Shown here piece after piece: positions 47,436-61,596 of a stretch of 64,000 bases of DNA. Every line of letters begins with the position of its first letter. Position 1 is the first letter of the stretch. The stretch is taken from the NCBI GenBank assembly GCA_963762115.1, contig CAVXJH010000007.1:95635-159634 (forward strand), given 5' to 3'. Source of the stretch: Candidatus Babeliales bacterium. GTDB lineage: Bacteria; Babelota; Babeliae; Babelales; JANWKD01. The notes under the pieces were generated by a model that worked only from the letters and a program-made list of their open reading frames with translations, did not search any database and had not been told where the DNA came from. A program made the position numbers and the translations under genes.

Positions 47436-49097
47436 CTATCTCTTTATAAATGATACTTGATATTCTGCATGCACAGATCGATTTATAATGGCACAAAAGG
47501 GGTTATAGTCTATTTTGAAGCCCTTATTAAATAAATCTAACAAGTACTCTGTTTCAATGTACATATGCGCATTATTGCGTTCTGTTTGAACAACATTCAA
47601 GGGAATATTAATTATCTTTGAACTTTGATAACAAAGACCGACTTTTTCATAATCAACAAATTCAGGAATAAACCAATTTCCCTCAAGGTTACTTGGGTTG
47701 GTATAATGCAGTTGATGCAATGCTTTAATAATAGTTTCTTTTTTATATAACGTCATATCAACACTATTTGGATAACGCCAATCATAAGAACCATCTTTGA
47801 AAGACCAAGCAAATATTTGATCGCCCACAGGAATTAATTTTGGAAGAGTATGAGATTTATTTGCCATATAACAATAAGTAATATTGGTACCCAATCTCAG
47901 AAAAAAGCCATATGCATGAGTCTTATCAAGAGCATGAATACAATCATTAATATCACAAAAATCTTTTACCATAATATCATCAACGGCAAAAATAATATGA
48001 TCATTTTTTCCACCTTCAACGATCTCTATGGTAAGCTTTTTAAAATCTTCCTGCGGAGAAATTTTAGATTGTTCAACAAAAACAACCGAAGGAAAACTTT
48101 TTCTCACCTCTCCATAGGCATCTGCGTACTCCTGATTATCAGCTCGCCCTAAAACAGTGACGGTCCCAAGATTCTTTACATACGCAAAAAGTGATTCTAG
48201 AAAACAATATAATTGCATTGGACGATTATAAGAAAAAACTAATACATCAGCTTTTGATGGTTCGACTTGATACTTTTTTATTGGTAAAGAACCCAAGGGT
48301 GTATATCTTTTTTTATTACGTAAAAAATTGAAATAATACAACTGTTGCTGCAAGCGAACTTTATAATCATTGAGATCATTGGCTGTATTATAGACATATA
48401 AAACGTCTTTAATGAATCTAACATGCTTACCGGCCATTTCCAAAATTGGCCAGAAAAATGCAATATCGCCCGCTGTTGGTAAAAATGCACCATTATCAAT
48501 TAAATCTTGTAATAAAATTTGTTTAAACAAACACGCTCTAAAAGTTCTCAAGTGTGTTGTTGGCAATGGTAATGCAAGATATCGCCAAAGGTTTTCATCA
48601 ACAATATTTTGACCAACCGGCCTACAATGACCAAGCGTATTGTTGGGATATTCCACATATTGACCATATGTAACCCAAACATTATCATCGGCGTATTCTT
48701 CATTAATACGATTTAAAACATTTTGATGGGCAAACCAATCGTCACCGTCAAGATGTACAATGATAACGTCATCTTTACAACGATGCACCGCATCCCAATG
48801 ATTTGCAAGTGCACCTTTGCGTACTTCATTATAAATTAACGCAACTCGATGTTCCGTGTCATATAATTCTAGTAAATATTGTATGTATTCATATGATCCA
48901 TCCGTTGAGCAATCAACATAATATAACACGGTAAAATTTTTATAATTTTGTTGCAAAATTGATATAATATTACGCTCGGCCCATTCTCGCGTATTATATG
49001 AAGGGACCACAACAACAATTTCTTGCTCTTCAAAAGCAAAAACATGATTCATAAAAAAAATCAAAACAAAATAACATAAATAAAATAATTTTTTCAT
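47436..49097 (-). CDS. Two-domain GT-A glycosyltransferase (GT2 plus second domain) with signal peptide
   Basis: VVVPSYN, DCSTD, LDGDD; second domain VFSYNRPMQL, FAVDD. Confidence 0.85.
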   Translation of the reverse strand: MKKLFYLCYFVLIFFMNHVFAFEEQEIVVVVPSYNTREWAERNIISILQQNYKNFTVLYYVDCSTDGSYEYIQYLLELYDTEHRVALIYNEVRKGALANHWDAVHRCKDDVIIVHLDGDDWFAHQNVLNRINEEYADDNVWVTYGQYVEYPNNTLGHCRPVGQNIVDENLWRYLALPLPTTHLRTFRACLFKQILLQDLIDNGAFLPTAGDIAFFWPILEMAGKHVRFIKDVLYVYNTANDLNDYKVRLQQQLYYFNFLRNKKRYTPLGSLPIKKYQVEPSKADVLVFSYNRPMQLYCFLESLFAYVKNLGTVTVLGRADNQEYADAYGEVRKSFPSVVFVEQSKISPQEDFKKLTIEIVEGGKNDHIIFAVDDIMVKDFCDINDCIHALDKTHAYGFFLRLGTNITYCYMANKSHTLPKLIPVGDQIFAWSFKDGSYDWRYPNSVDMTLYKKETIIKALHQLHYTNPSNLEGNWFIPEFVDYEKVGLCYQSSKIINIPLNVVQTERNNAHMYIETEYLLDLFNKGFKIDYNPFCAIINRSVHAEYQVSFIKR

Positions 49098-49118
49098 TAC
49101 TTCCCAACAGCCCAATTG

Positions 49119-50003
49119 TTAATGAACCATAGCCTCTGACTCAAGCCAACTACCAGCCCAATGATGCACAGCATAAGCTTCAGGTTTATCCCAAACATCT
49201 CGAGGCATGCCCTTTTGATTATATCCACACGGATAAAAATATGATGCTGGCAAAGCAATATCACGCAATCCAGATTTACCTGCAATGGCTAAAAAAGCGA
49301 GGGAAAAATGAATTGGCCCCGTTGCAACAATAATCTGCTGAATATCTTTTTTAGTTGGTAATTTTTCAATAGAATAATTCAAAATAGGATGATGTGGTAT
49401 CGACCCAATCAAGCCTATTCCCAATTGAGCCATATTAGTGTCGAGCGGTTGAATACCAATATAAAAATGGTAATAGTGATTGAAATCATCAATAGGTTTT
49501 AAGCATTCATAATCAACATCGAGATACACACCACCATATTGCTTTAATATTTCATAGCGCCAAATATCCGATTTTTGTCCATAATTTTTTGCAGCATCAA
49601 ATAGTTCTCTGTTTATAAAAGGAAACGTATCAAGATCTGCTTCAGTCCACACATAATAATCCCAATCTGGATGCATAGCCAACCATGATTGTTGATAGGC
49701 ACGATATTTTTCGGGAAGCTCATGACGTTCAGGATATTGACCCCCTAACCAAATCCAATGAAATTTCTTTTCAATTAAAGGAATTGGGGAAGGCGTTAGT
49801 TTTTTTGGTTCAAAGTGATGATACAAAAGTTCAAAAAAATCGAATAGTGATTTACATAACGGTTTTTCCAAAAGCTCTCGATAATGAACTGTTTGCATTG
49901 ATTCATGAAAATCAACCGAAGGAATAAGATTAACCTGATAATCAGCATTAGAATAAAAAATATGATTTATTAAAAGAAAAAAAAATAAGCTTTTTTTATA
50001 CAT
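49119..50003 (-). CDS. GT32/Och1-like glycosyltransferase with signal peptide
   Basis: HWIWLG, SDIWRYEIL..YGGVYLDVD, TGP, HHWAGSW. Confidence 0.88.
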   Translation of the reverse strand: MYKKSLFFFLLINHIFYSNADYQVNLIPSVDFHESMQTVHYRELLEKPLCKSLFDFFELLYHHFEPKKLTPSPIPLIEKKFHWIWLGGQYPERHELPEKYRAYQQSWLAMHPDWDYYVWTEADLDTFPFINRELFDAAKNYGQKSDIWRYEILKQYGGVYLDVDYECLKPIDDFNHYYHFYIGIQPLDTNMAQLGIGLIGSIPHHPILNYSIEKLPTKKDIQQIIVATGPIHFSLAFLAIAGKSGLRDIALPASYFYPCGYNQKGMPRDVWDKPEAYAVHHWAGSWLESEAMVH

Positions 50004-50735
50004 TTACACTCCTTCAGCATTAGTACAAAATCGTTTATTTCTAAAAATAAGATCATGTTCCAATCGAGCCAAAATAATAAAATTTCTCTCAAGAAGATAA
50101 TTAACCAATTCTATATCATCATAATTATCTTCAACACAAATAACATCTATTCGATCAAGATTAATTGATTGTATAATAGCATCTTCACCACCTTCAGTAT
50201 CTATACTCAAAATATCAACATGATCGATACTACATGCATCCAATAATGAATCAAGTTCGTAGCACATCACCGGGATAACTTCATATGAATCTTGGTTCTG
50301 ATTAACTTCATACTCAATGCGAGAAACATGGCGTGGATCATATTTTGAAGTTAAACCACTCAACATTTCACATGCACCTTTAATTTCTAAAAATTGATCT
50401 GCACCTTCTTTATCAGAAATACACCCTTGAATGCAAATGCAATTCGGTCTATTTTCCTTTAATGCAGCGAATGCTCGTGGTAACGGTTCAATACAAATAC
50501 ATTTCCAACCAAGTTGCTCAAAAAATAATGAATTACTAAATTTAACGCCATCATTTGCACCAATATCCACCATAACGCCATCATTTTTGTAGGGAAAAAT
50601 ATTTTTATGCATATATTCATCTTGGCCAACTTGACTATAATATTTTTCAATATGCCCATCATAGGCATAGCATGACGAATTATGCAAAGCAAACAATCCA
50701 AGGAAAAAACTCATTTTTTTTGAAAGTGCATTCAT
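50004..50735 (-). CDS. FkbM family methyltransferase with signal peptide
   Basis: YYSQVGQD, VDIGANDG, CIEP, SIDTEG. Confidence 0.88.
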   Translation of the reverse strand: MNALSKKMSFFLGLFALHNSSCYAYDGHIEKYYSQVGQDEYMHKNIFPYKNDGVMVDIGANDGVKFSNSLFFEQLGWKCICIEPLPRAFAALKENRPNCICIQGCISDKEGADQFLEIKGACEMLSGLTSKYDPRHVSRIEYEVNQNQDSYEVIPVMCYELDSLLDACSIDHVDILSIDTEGGEDAIIQSINLDRIDVICVEDNYDDIELVNYLLERNFIILARLEHDLIFRNKRFCTNAEGV

Positions 50736-50826
50736 ATACTAACTCTTTTTTATCAATTTTTTACATTACATTAGAAAAAAAATTCTACCACATTTTAGTG
50801 CGGCAACATGAAAATTGCAAATGCAA

Positions 50827-51054
50827 TTAGGAGTTGCATTCCTTAAATCTAGATTGCTGTATTCCTTCAATTATTATTAATTCGGTAAACATAGATAATG
50901 GTCTAATCCAAAAAGCATTATTACCAAATTTTTCATCATGATATAAAGCCTGATAAATAACACATTCTTCAAGAGTTTCTGTATGTCTTGCAAGAGCAAT
51001 CACTTTATATTTTTTTCCTTTATAATGTTCATAAGTTGCACTAATGATAACCAT
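50827..51054 (-). CDS. DUF1653 family protein
   Basis: YEHYKGKKY, ARHTETLE, VIYQALY, WIRPLSMF. Confidence 0.88.
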   Translation of the reverse strand: MVIISATYEHYKGKKYKVIALARHTETLEECVIYQALYHDEKFGNNAFWIRPLSMFTELIIIEGIQQSRFKECNS

Positions 51055-51120
51055 TAACAATCTCCTCATTAAAAAAAAAGCCCCAAGAGAGAACCCTTGA
51101 GGCTTTTTCAAATACACTCT

Positions 51121-51582
51121 TTATTTACGACGGATTAAACCAGCATGCGCTGAGAAATAAACCCATTTTTGAAACTCAGAAGGAATAACTTGTGCCAGCC
51201 ATGTCATTGCATTAGCAACAAATTCTTTTTTTTCTTTTAGATCAGTAATGCCAAATTCGTCCGCCAATGATCCAAGTAGTACATTTCCTCGATTTTTTAA
51301 ATGTACTTGTACTACTTGCATGATTTTTTCCATGCTTTTTTGCTCTTCTTTGCTATAATTTTGCAAAAGCCAATCTACGGTCATTTTATTCGAGGCTATA
51401 AGATCTTTCATAACTTCAGCTACCATTTTTGTCATGAGCATCATTTCCATACGTTGTTGTTGCTCTTCCTGAGACATTTCATCCATTGTTGAAACCTTCG
51501 ACATGTTTTGATCAGCATACATACCAAACGGAGCCGCAATAAGCCCAACAGCAATAATAATTTTCTTCAATAACAAATTCAT
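51121..51582 (-). CDS. Secreted hypothetical protein
   Basis: Signal ...FGMYA|DQN; helical, Met/Gln-rich. Confidence 0.7.
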   Translation of the reverse strand: MNLLLKKIIIAVGLIAAPFGMYADQNMSKVSTMDEMSQEEQQQRMEMMLMTKMVAEVMKDLIASNKMTVDWLLQNYSKEEQKSMEKIMQVVQVHLKNRGNVLLGSLADEFGITDLKEKKEFVANAMTWLAQVIPSEFQKWVYFSAHAGLIRRK

Positions 51583-51761
51583 AATAAATCCTCTCGTCTA
51601 AAAAATAAAAAATTACCTATTTTTATTGTAGCAGAAAACTAATGAATTGCATTTTTCAAAATATTTAAGAGGATAATAATCATTTTTTTTAATCCATTGC
51701 TATTTTAAATTAATATTTTGTATTATTTTCTTGTATAATATAATTATAAAAAAGGATAAAT

Positions 51762-53024
51762 ATGCAAATTATTATCTATCTTCTTACTGCTGCACTCTTT
51801 AGTTTCCCTGTTATAAACAGCGCGCAAATGATAAAACAATCGCCACCAAACATTAAAAATCCTTATGCAGTTTTACAAATTGAATTACAACAACTTGCAA
51901 AAACATTATCAGACTTGGAAAGTGCACTAAAAAAACCAACCTCAATTCAAAAATATACTCAAACACAAGCTTTATTAAGCATTCCAGCAATAAAAACAGA
52001 AGTATATAAACTATATCCTATACTTAAAGAAGAACGCGGAAAAAAATTCCTCAAGACTATTTTGAGGCTAGAAAAAAAATACAAAGACACTCATTATGCA
52101 TTTTATCATGCCTTTACAAAGGCATGGCTAGTGCCACAAGACCTTATGTTATCACTAACAAAAGGGCTACGCCCTCTAACATCTCGATTAACAAAATTTA
52201 GATTTTTGCGATGGCAAGAATTTGAAAAGCGAACAGCATCTGAGTTTCTTATGAAAGAAATCAGTTCAGAAGGACTAATCAATGACAATAGTCCTGAGCA
52301 CAGAGCTTCACTTCTTTCGGTAAATTTAGCATTATTTGGCAATGTTGGCTTTGAAGGAGAAAGTACCTTTGATTATTTTTTAAAACCAAAAAGCCATGCC
52401 ACGGTTAATCCTCAAATAATTCAAGATATCCTTAAAATATATGATGCTCCTGCAACATATCTTCAAGAAATATTAGATCTTGATGCAACATATCTTTCTC
52501 CTGAAAAAGCAAGTGGCGGCGCCCCTAAAGAACAAGTTTTATTACAAATTTTTATTCCAAAAAACTTAGTTGATGATATTGGTTATGTTGGCTGGGTTCA
52601 GGGTATTCCCTATGAAAAAGATTTAGTAGCGATGGTAGATAATTTATCAAGAACCTCTTTGGCAAAACATCCAACTTTTTTAACCGGAACAGAACCTATA
52701 TTAAAAGACATAAAAAAAAGGTTTAAAGAAAAAAAAGAAAAAGACCCTCTTTATGCTCAAATTATAAAACACATAAAGAAAGGCAAATTCAGATTATCAA
52801 CCTTTCTTGAAAAATATACCAATGAACCTGAAACTATTCCAAGTATACAGAATGTACAAGCACGATTGCTCTTTAGTAATGAATTATTATTAAATCCAAG
52901 CAGCGATATTCTCTTTTATTCGCATGACTTTATACCACAAAAAGATAAACAGCTTTACAAAATAGCATTAAAGAAAATTACCGATAAAATCATCAAAGCA
53001 AAATTAATGCCAAAGAAACCTTAA
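51762..53024 (+). CDS. Secreted hypothetical protein
   Basis: Hydrophobic N-terminus, AAGGA RBS, 420-aa ORF. Confidence 0.75.
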   Translation: MQIIIYLLTAALFSFPVINSAQMIKQSPPNIKNPYAVLQIELQQLAKTLSDLESALKKPTSIQKYTQTQALLSIPAIKTEVYKLYPILKEERGKKFLKTILRLEKKYKDTHYAFYHAFTKAWLVPQDLMLSLTKGLRPLTSRLTKFRFLRWQEFEKRTASEFLMKEISSEGLINDNSPEHRASLLSVNLALFGNVGFEGESTFDYFLKPKSHATVNPQIIQDILKIYDAPATYLQEILDLDATYLSPEKASGGAPKEQVLLQIFIPKNLVDDIGYVGWVQGIPYEKDLVAMVDNLSRTSLAKHPTFLTGTEPILKDIKKRFKEKKEKDPLYAQIIKHIKKGKFRLSTFLEKYTNEPETIPSIQNVQARLLFSNELLLNPSSDILFYSHDFIPQKDKQLYKIALKKITDKIIKAKLMPKKP

Positions 53025-53076
53025 GACATCTCAAATAACTAAGTACAAAAAGACATCTCAAATAACTAAGTACAAA
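53023..53076. repeat. Perfect 27-bp tandem duplication
   Basis: aagacatctcaaataactaagtacaaa x2. Confidence 0.9.
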
Positions 53077-53110
53077 AAAAAAGGCACTATCAAATTGATA
53101 GTGCCTTTTT
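53077..53110. terminator. Bidirectional terminator (end of rrn operon)
   Basis: aaaaaggcactatc-aaatt-gatagtgccttttt. Confidence 0.8.
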
Positions 53111-53117
53111 AATTTAA

Positions 53118-53234
53118 ACCTGGCAGTACTTACTTTTCCAGTCCGTTACCAGACAAGTATCATCAGCGTCGTAGACTTAACTGCCGTATTCGAGATGGGA
53201 ACGGGTGTTTCCCTACGACTATTTCCACCAGGAA
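53118..53234 (-). rRNA. rrf: 5S rRNA
   Basis: cctggtgg...cccgttcccatctcgaatacgg...ctgccagg on minus strand; ends approximate. Confidence 0.92.
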
Positions 53235-53372
53235 ATTTTTAGTTCATCGTTACTTTTATAGTGTAACAGATTATTCAAACTTTTCAAATTTTTCTTGCGA
53301 AGAAATATTTGTAACTTAAGCATATAGGTTTTATAGTTATTTACTGACCTGCAACGCCATAAAAAGTAAAAG

Positions 53373-56393
<3,021 letters not shown>

Positions 56394-56558
56394 ACAAATT
56401 TTATATGACTAAATGATCAGAAAATAACTAAAATTCTCATTATGAATTTGCTAGACGCTTAAGTTACAAATATTTCAAAGATCACAAGAAATTTTTTCTT
56501 TATCACGAGAATTTATATAAAAGAAGTATTAATAAAGCAACACCACTACCAAAAAAAT

Positions 56559-56634
56559 TGGTGGAGATGAGCGGAATCGAACCGCTGACCTTCCGCGTGC
56601 AAAACGGACGCTCTACCAGCTGAGCTACATCCCC
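56559..56634 (-). tRNA. tRNA-Ala(TGC)
   Basis: rrn spacer tRNA; GGGGA acceptor stem; anticodon TGC. Confidence 0.95.
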
Positions 56635-56712
56635 CTAGAAAATCTAGAAGCAACTTGGTAAGTAACAACCACTGCGGAACAGATCAATTTCCGTAAGACT
56701 TACGCCACATTT

Positions 56713-56789
56713 TGGTGGGCCTAAGTCGACTCGAACGACTGACCTCCCCGTTATCAGCGGGGTGCTCTAACCAACTGAGCTATAGGCCC
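56713..56789 (-). tRNA. tRNA-Ile(GAT)
   Basis: rrn spacer tRNA; anticodon loop ct-GAT-aa. Confidence 0.95.
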
Positions 56790-56942
56790 GCTTTATATAC
56801 TTAATTTAAACTTTTTATTAAGAACTAAATGTTATTCTTTAATAAAATTAAACTATTTTTAACACTTATGAGTCTTGCGAAAGACCTTATTATTTACACC
56901 TTAAGATTAAGAGCCGAAGCTCTTAAATCACTGTTTCTCCCT

Positions 56943-58487
<1,545 letters not shown>

Positions 58488-58655
58488 AAATTTATGATAA
58501 AGATATTTCGCAAAACTCATAAGCGAATTTTAGGATTTCTCGTGAATTTCAAAGAAACCAATCTTTGGATTCAAAAAGGCAAGAGACTTTTGCGACTTGT
58601 TTTCGGCGCGTCTTGCTTGCGATTTCAATCGATTTAATTTTTAAATACAAAACAA

Positions 58656-58683
58656 ATTATACATGTATTATATGCTAAGTCAA
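58656..58683 (-). promoter_or_regulatory. rRNA operon promoter
   Basis: TTGACT-N16-TATAAT with an upstream A-tract (UP-like). Confidence 0.7.
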
Positions 58684-58757
58684 CACTTTTTTTATTTTTT
58701 TTTAAAAAAACTTTTTTGACCATAAAAAAAAGGCTTATTTTATCACTTTTTTGTGAT

Positions 58758-59327
58758 CTATATCAGCTCTTTATTTACTATCGATTCAAGCTCCTGGAGA
58801 GCCTTTTCAAAGATGTCATTACATACAACATACTTAAAAAAATTTTTTTTCGATTTTTCTTGAATTTCTTTTTGTGCAAGCAAAATTCTTTTATTTATTT
58901 GCTCTAAATTTTCACTTTTTCTTAATAATAATCTTTTCTTTAATATCTCTATAGTGGGGACTGAAATCCAAATCAATATCGCTTCTGAAAAAAGAGTTGC
59001 TAGGGCTTGAGCCCCTTGGCTATCCAGAATCATCAAAAACGAACTTCCCCCCTCTAATAAGGAAACTATATTTTTAGGGGAGCCATAATAATTGCCGTAG
59101 GCCAAACTCCATTCAAGAAAAAAATCTTCTTCTATTTTTTGCTCAAACTGATCAATTGATAAAAAATGGTAATCTTCTCCATCAACATCGCCGAGCCTTG
59201 GTATTTTAGTTGTATAGGTTATTACACGCGACAACACATGGCTTTGTCCAATTCGCTCGATAAGCGCTGTCACCAATGAAGTTTTACCCGCCCCTGAAGG
59301 TGCGGCAATAATAAATAATTTACCCAT
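58758..59327 (-). CDS. gmk: Guanylate kinase
   Basis: APSGAGKTSL, TYTTKIPRLGDVDGEDYHF, YGNYYGS. Confidence 0.95.
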   Translation of the reverse strand: MGKLFIIAAPSGAGKTSLVTALIERIGQSHVLSRVITYTTKIPRLGDVDGEDYHFLSIDQFEQKIEEDFFLEWSLAYGNYYGSPKNIVSLLEGGSSFLMILDSQGAQALATLFSEAILIWISVPTIEILKKRLLLRKSENLEQINKRILLAQKEIQEKSKKNFFKYVVCNDIFEKALQELESIVNKELI

Positions 59328-59637
59328 AAAGTATTCAGAATTCCTTCCCAACTTCAATAGCTTACTACTATTTTAAGTAATATTTTATATTTGTCAAGAA
59401 TATAAAATTATGTTTTTTTATTTTTTTCCTAGATATTAATTATTCCAATAAAAACATGCAATTGAAACATTAATTGAATTATACCTTATTATATATACAA
59501 CAGAAAAATTATCACCATCAATTGAAAAAAGAGTGTATGCATATACTCTTTTTTATGCCAAAAAAACCATTTCTCTAGCTACAGAACTCATTACGATGGT
59601 ATACTTATCATACTTATTCGCACTAAAGGAATTATAT

Positions 59638-60726
59638 ATGCTAATTGATGACTTAAAAGATAAACTTAAATCGGTTGAACCTGATTTAATGGTGATACAA
59701 CAATATTGGAATAACGCACACCTAGAAGATGAGTTTCAAAACTTAACAACTATCAGCAAACAAGAAGATTTTTGGCAGAATGCACAACAGGCAGAAATCA
59801 GCAAAGAACTACAGCGCATTAAACTTCAACGTGATCATTATCTTCATACAATAACTTCACACAAAGAACTTTATGAACTCATTGATCTCTTTGCTACTGA
59901 TGAAAGCGAGTTACAAAAAATTCAAAATGATGTTTTTGAATTATGTCGCAGTATAAAAAAATTTAAAATTGATCTTCTTCTGAACGATCCACAAGATAAT
60001 GCCAATTGTTTTTTAACCATCAATTCTGGCGCTGGCGGAACAGAATCTCAAGACTGGGCAGAAATATTATTGCGCATGTATGTTCGTTTTTGTGAACGAG
60101 AAAAGCTCAATGCTCATATTCTTGATTATCAAGTGGGCGAAGGTGCTGGCATAAAATCAGCAACAGTATTTATCAAAGGCAAAAAAGCATATGGGCTCTT
60201 AAAAGGTGAACAAGGAGTTCATCGTCTTGTGCGCATTTCACCCTTCGATGCCAGCAAGCGGCGCCATACTTCTTTTGCTGCAGCAACCATTAACCCTGAA
60301 GTTGCCGATGTTGCCATAACAATTGACCCTAAAGATTTAAGGATCGACACCTATCGCGCAGGTGGTGCTGGCGGTCAACACGTTAACAAGACGGATTCTG
60401 CTGTACGCATTACCCACTTACCAACAAACATTGTTGTACAATGCCAAAATGAACGCTCACAATTACAAAACAAAGAAACTGCCATGAAAATGCTTATGGC
60501 AAAACTTGTTCAAAAACAAAAAGATGAAGAACTTGCAAAAGCAGCATCAATTCAAAAACAAAAAATTGAGTGGGGCTCACAAATTCGCTCCTATGTTTTG
60601 CATCCGTATAAAATGGTGAAGGATCACCGCACTGATTATGAATCGCCACAACCAGACCTTGTCCTTGATGGTGATATCATGCCATTCATTGAAGCATTCT
60701 TAATTGCACAAGGCGCACAAGCATAA
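59638..60726 (+). CDS. prfB: Peptide chain release factor 2 (no programmed frameshift)
   Basis: GAGGTESQDW, SPF anticodon mimic, GGQ, WGSQIRSY; AAGGA RBS before ATG 59638. Confidence 0.96.
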   Translation: MLIDDLKDKLKSVEPDLMVIQQYWNNAHLEDEFQNLTTISKQEDFWQNAQQAEISKELQRIKLQRDHYLHTITSHKELYELIDLFATDESELQKIQNDVFELCRSIKKFKIDLLLNDPQDNANCFLTINSGAGGTESQDWAEILLRMYVRFCEREKLNAHILDYQVGEGAGIKSATVFIKGKKAYGLLKGEQGVHRLVRISPFDASKRRHTSFAAATINPEVADVAITIDPKDLRIDTYRAGGAGGQHVNKTDSAVRITHLPTNIVVQCQNERSQLQNKETAMKMLMAKLVQKQKDEELAKAASIQKQKIEWGSQIRSYVLHPYKMVKDHRTDYESPQPDLVLDGDIMPFIEAFLIAQGAQA

Positions 60727-60735
60727 TATTCTTAA

Positions 60736-60785
60736 ATTAATAAAGAAAAAGCCTCATCGAGTGATGAGGCTTTTTCTTTATTAAT
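60736..60785. terminator. Bidirectional terminator
   Basis: attaataaagaaaaagcctcatc-gagt-gatgaggctttttctttattaat. Confidence 0.85.
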
Positions 60786-60794
60786 TTAAGAATA

Positions 60795-61409
60795 TTATGG
60801 AAGAATAATTGAATGCAATGTATTACGAGCATCTTTTAATGCCTGCATTCTTTTTTGCTCGAGAGCTTTTTGACCTGGTGTTTCAATAGTAATTGCCGGT
60901 GTTGAAAGTTTTAATGCTGCATCAGCAGGCTTTAAATCCAAAGCTTTTTTATTAATACGTTTAAAATCGTTTACATCTTGAGGCTTTAAAGTAAGCAAAG
61001 TACCCTTAAGCGTCATAATGGCAGGAGCTAAGTCAGCTATTGCGGCTTCAATATCAAGCAATAACGGTTGTATATCCGCTACCTTTAATGTTTGAGCTGC
61101 ACCGCCAAATTGCTTTATCTTTAACGCTGCCATAGTTTCTTGAAGATTTAACGCAATATCATATAATTCTTTTAAAACTTCAAAATTTTTATCAGCTGGT
61201 TTTAAATTTTTAAATTCTACTGAAGTCAAATCATAAAAACCTGATTGCGGCGCTGGCGGCAATGATCCTAGACTAGTTCCTGAACCATTTTTATGCATCG
61301 CCGGACCTGGGCCGTGTTGAATATTTACTGGCTTTGGCGCCATTGCAAAAATTGATAAGTTGCCCATCAAAACAAGGGCAACAACTGTTAAAAATAACAT
61401 TTTTTTCAT
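60795..61409 (-). CDS. Secreted hypothetical protein
   Basis: Signal ...NLSIFA|MAP; Pro/Gly-rich N-terminal region; internal repeat LKPAD/LKPQD/LKVAD. Confidence 0.8.
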   Translation of the reverse strand: MKKMLFLTVVALVLMGNLSIFAMAPKPVNIQHGPGPAMHKNGSGTSLGSLPPAPQSGFYDLTSVEFKNLKPADKNFEVLKELYDIALNLQETMAALKIKQFGGAAQTLKVADIQPLLLDIEAAIADLAPAIMTLKGTLLTLKPQDVNDFKRINKKALDLKPADAALKLSTPAITIETPGQKALEQKRMQALKDARNTLHSIILP

Positions 61410-61596
61410 AGAAACTCCTTTATTTGAATATTATCTTATTTTTAATTTAGCATCTATATAATTTAAAAATCAATAAATTATTGCAAACATGAAAATTAAA
61501 AATAATTAATTTTGTCATAGAGAAGTTTTGATAATCTGATATTCTTACATAAAATGCTTACTTATTTATACAAACCATGTTGTAATGAGGTGCCAA

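Noticed and set aside
59533..59637. Extended N-termini in the ORF track (prfB here; likewise rplJ, radA, rpoB, gmk and the glycosyltransferases)
   Set aside because: Downstream ATGs fit better by RBS position or by where homology begins.
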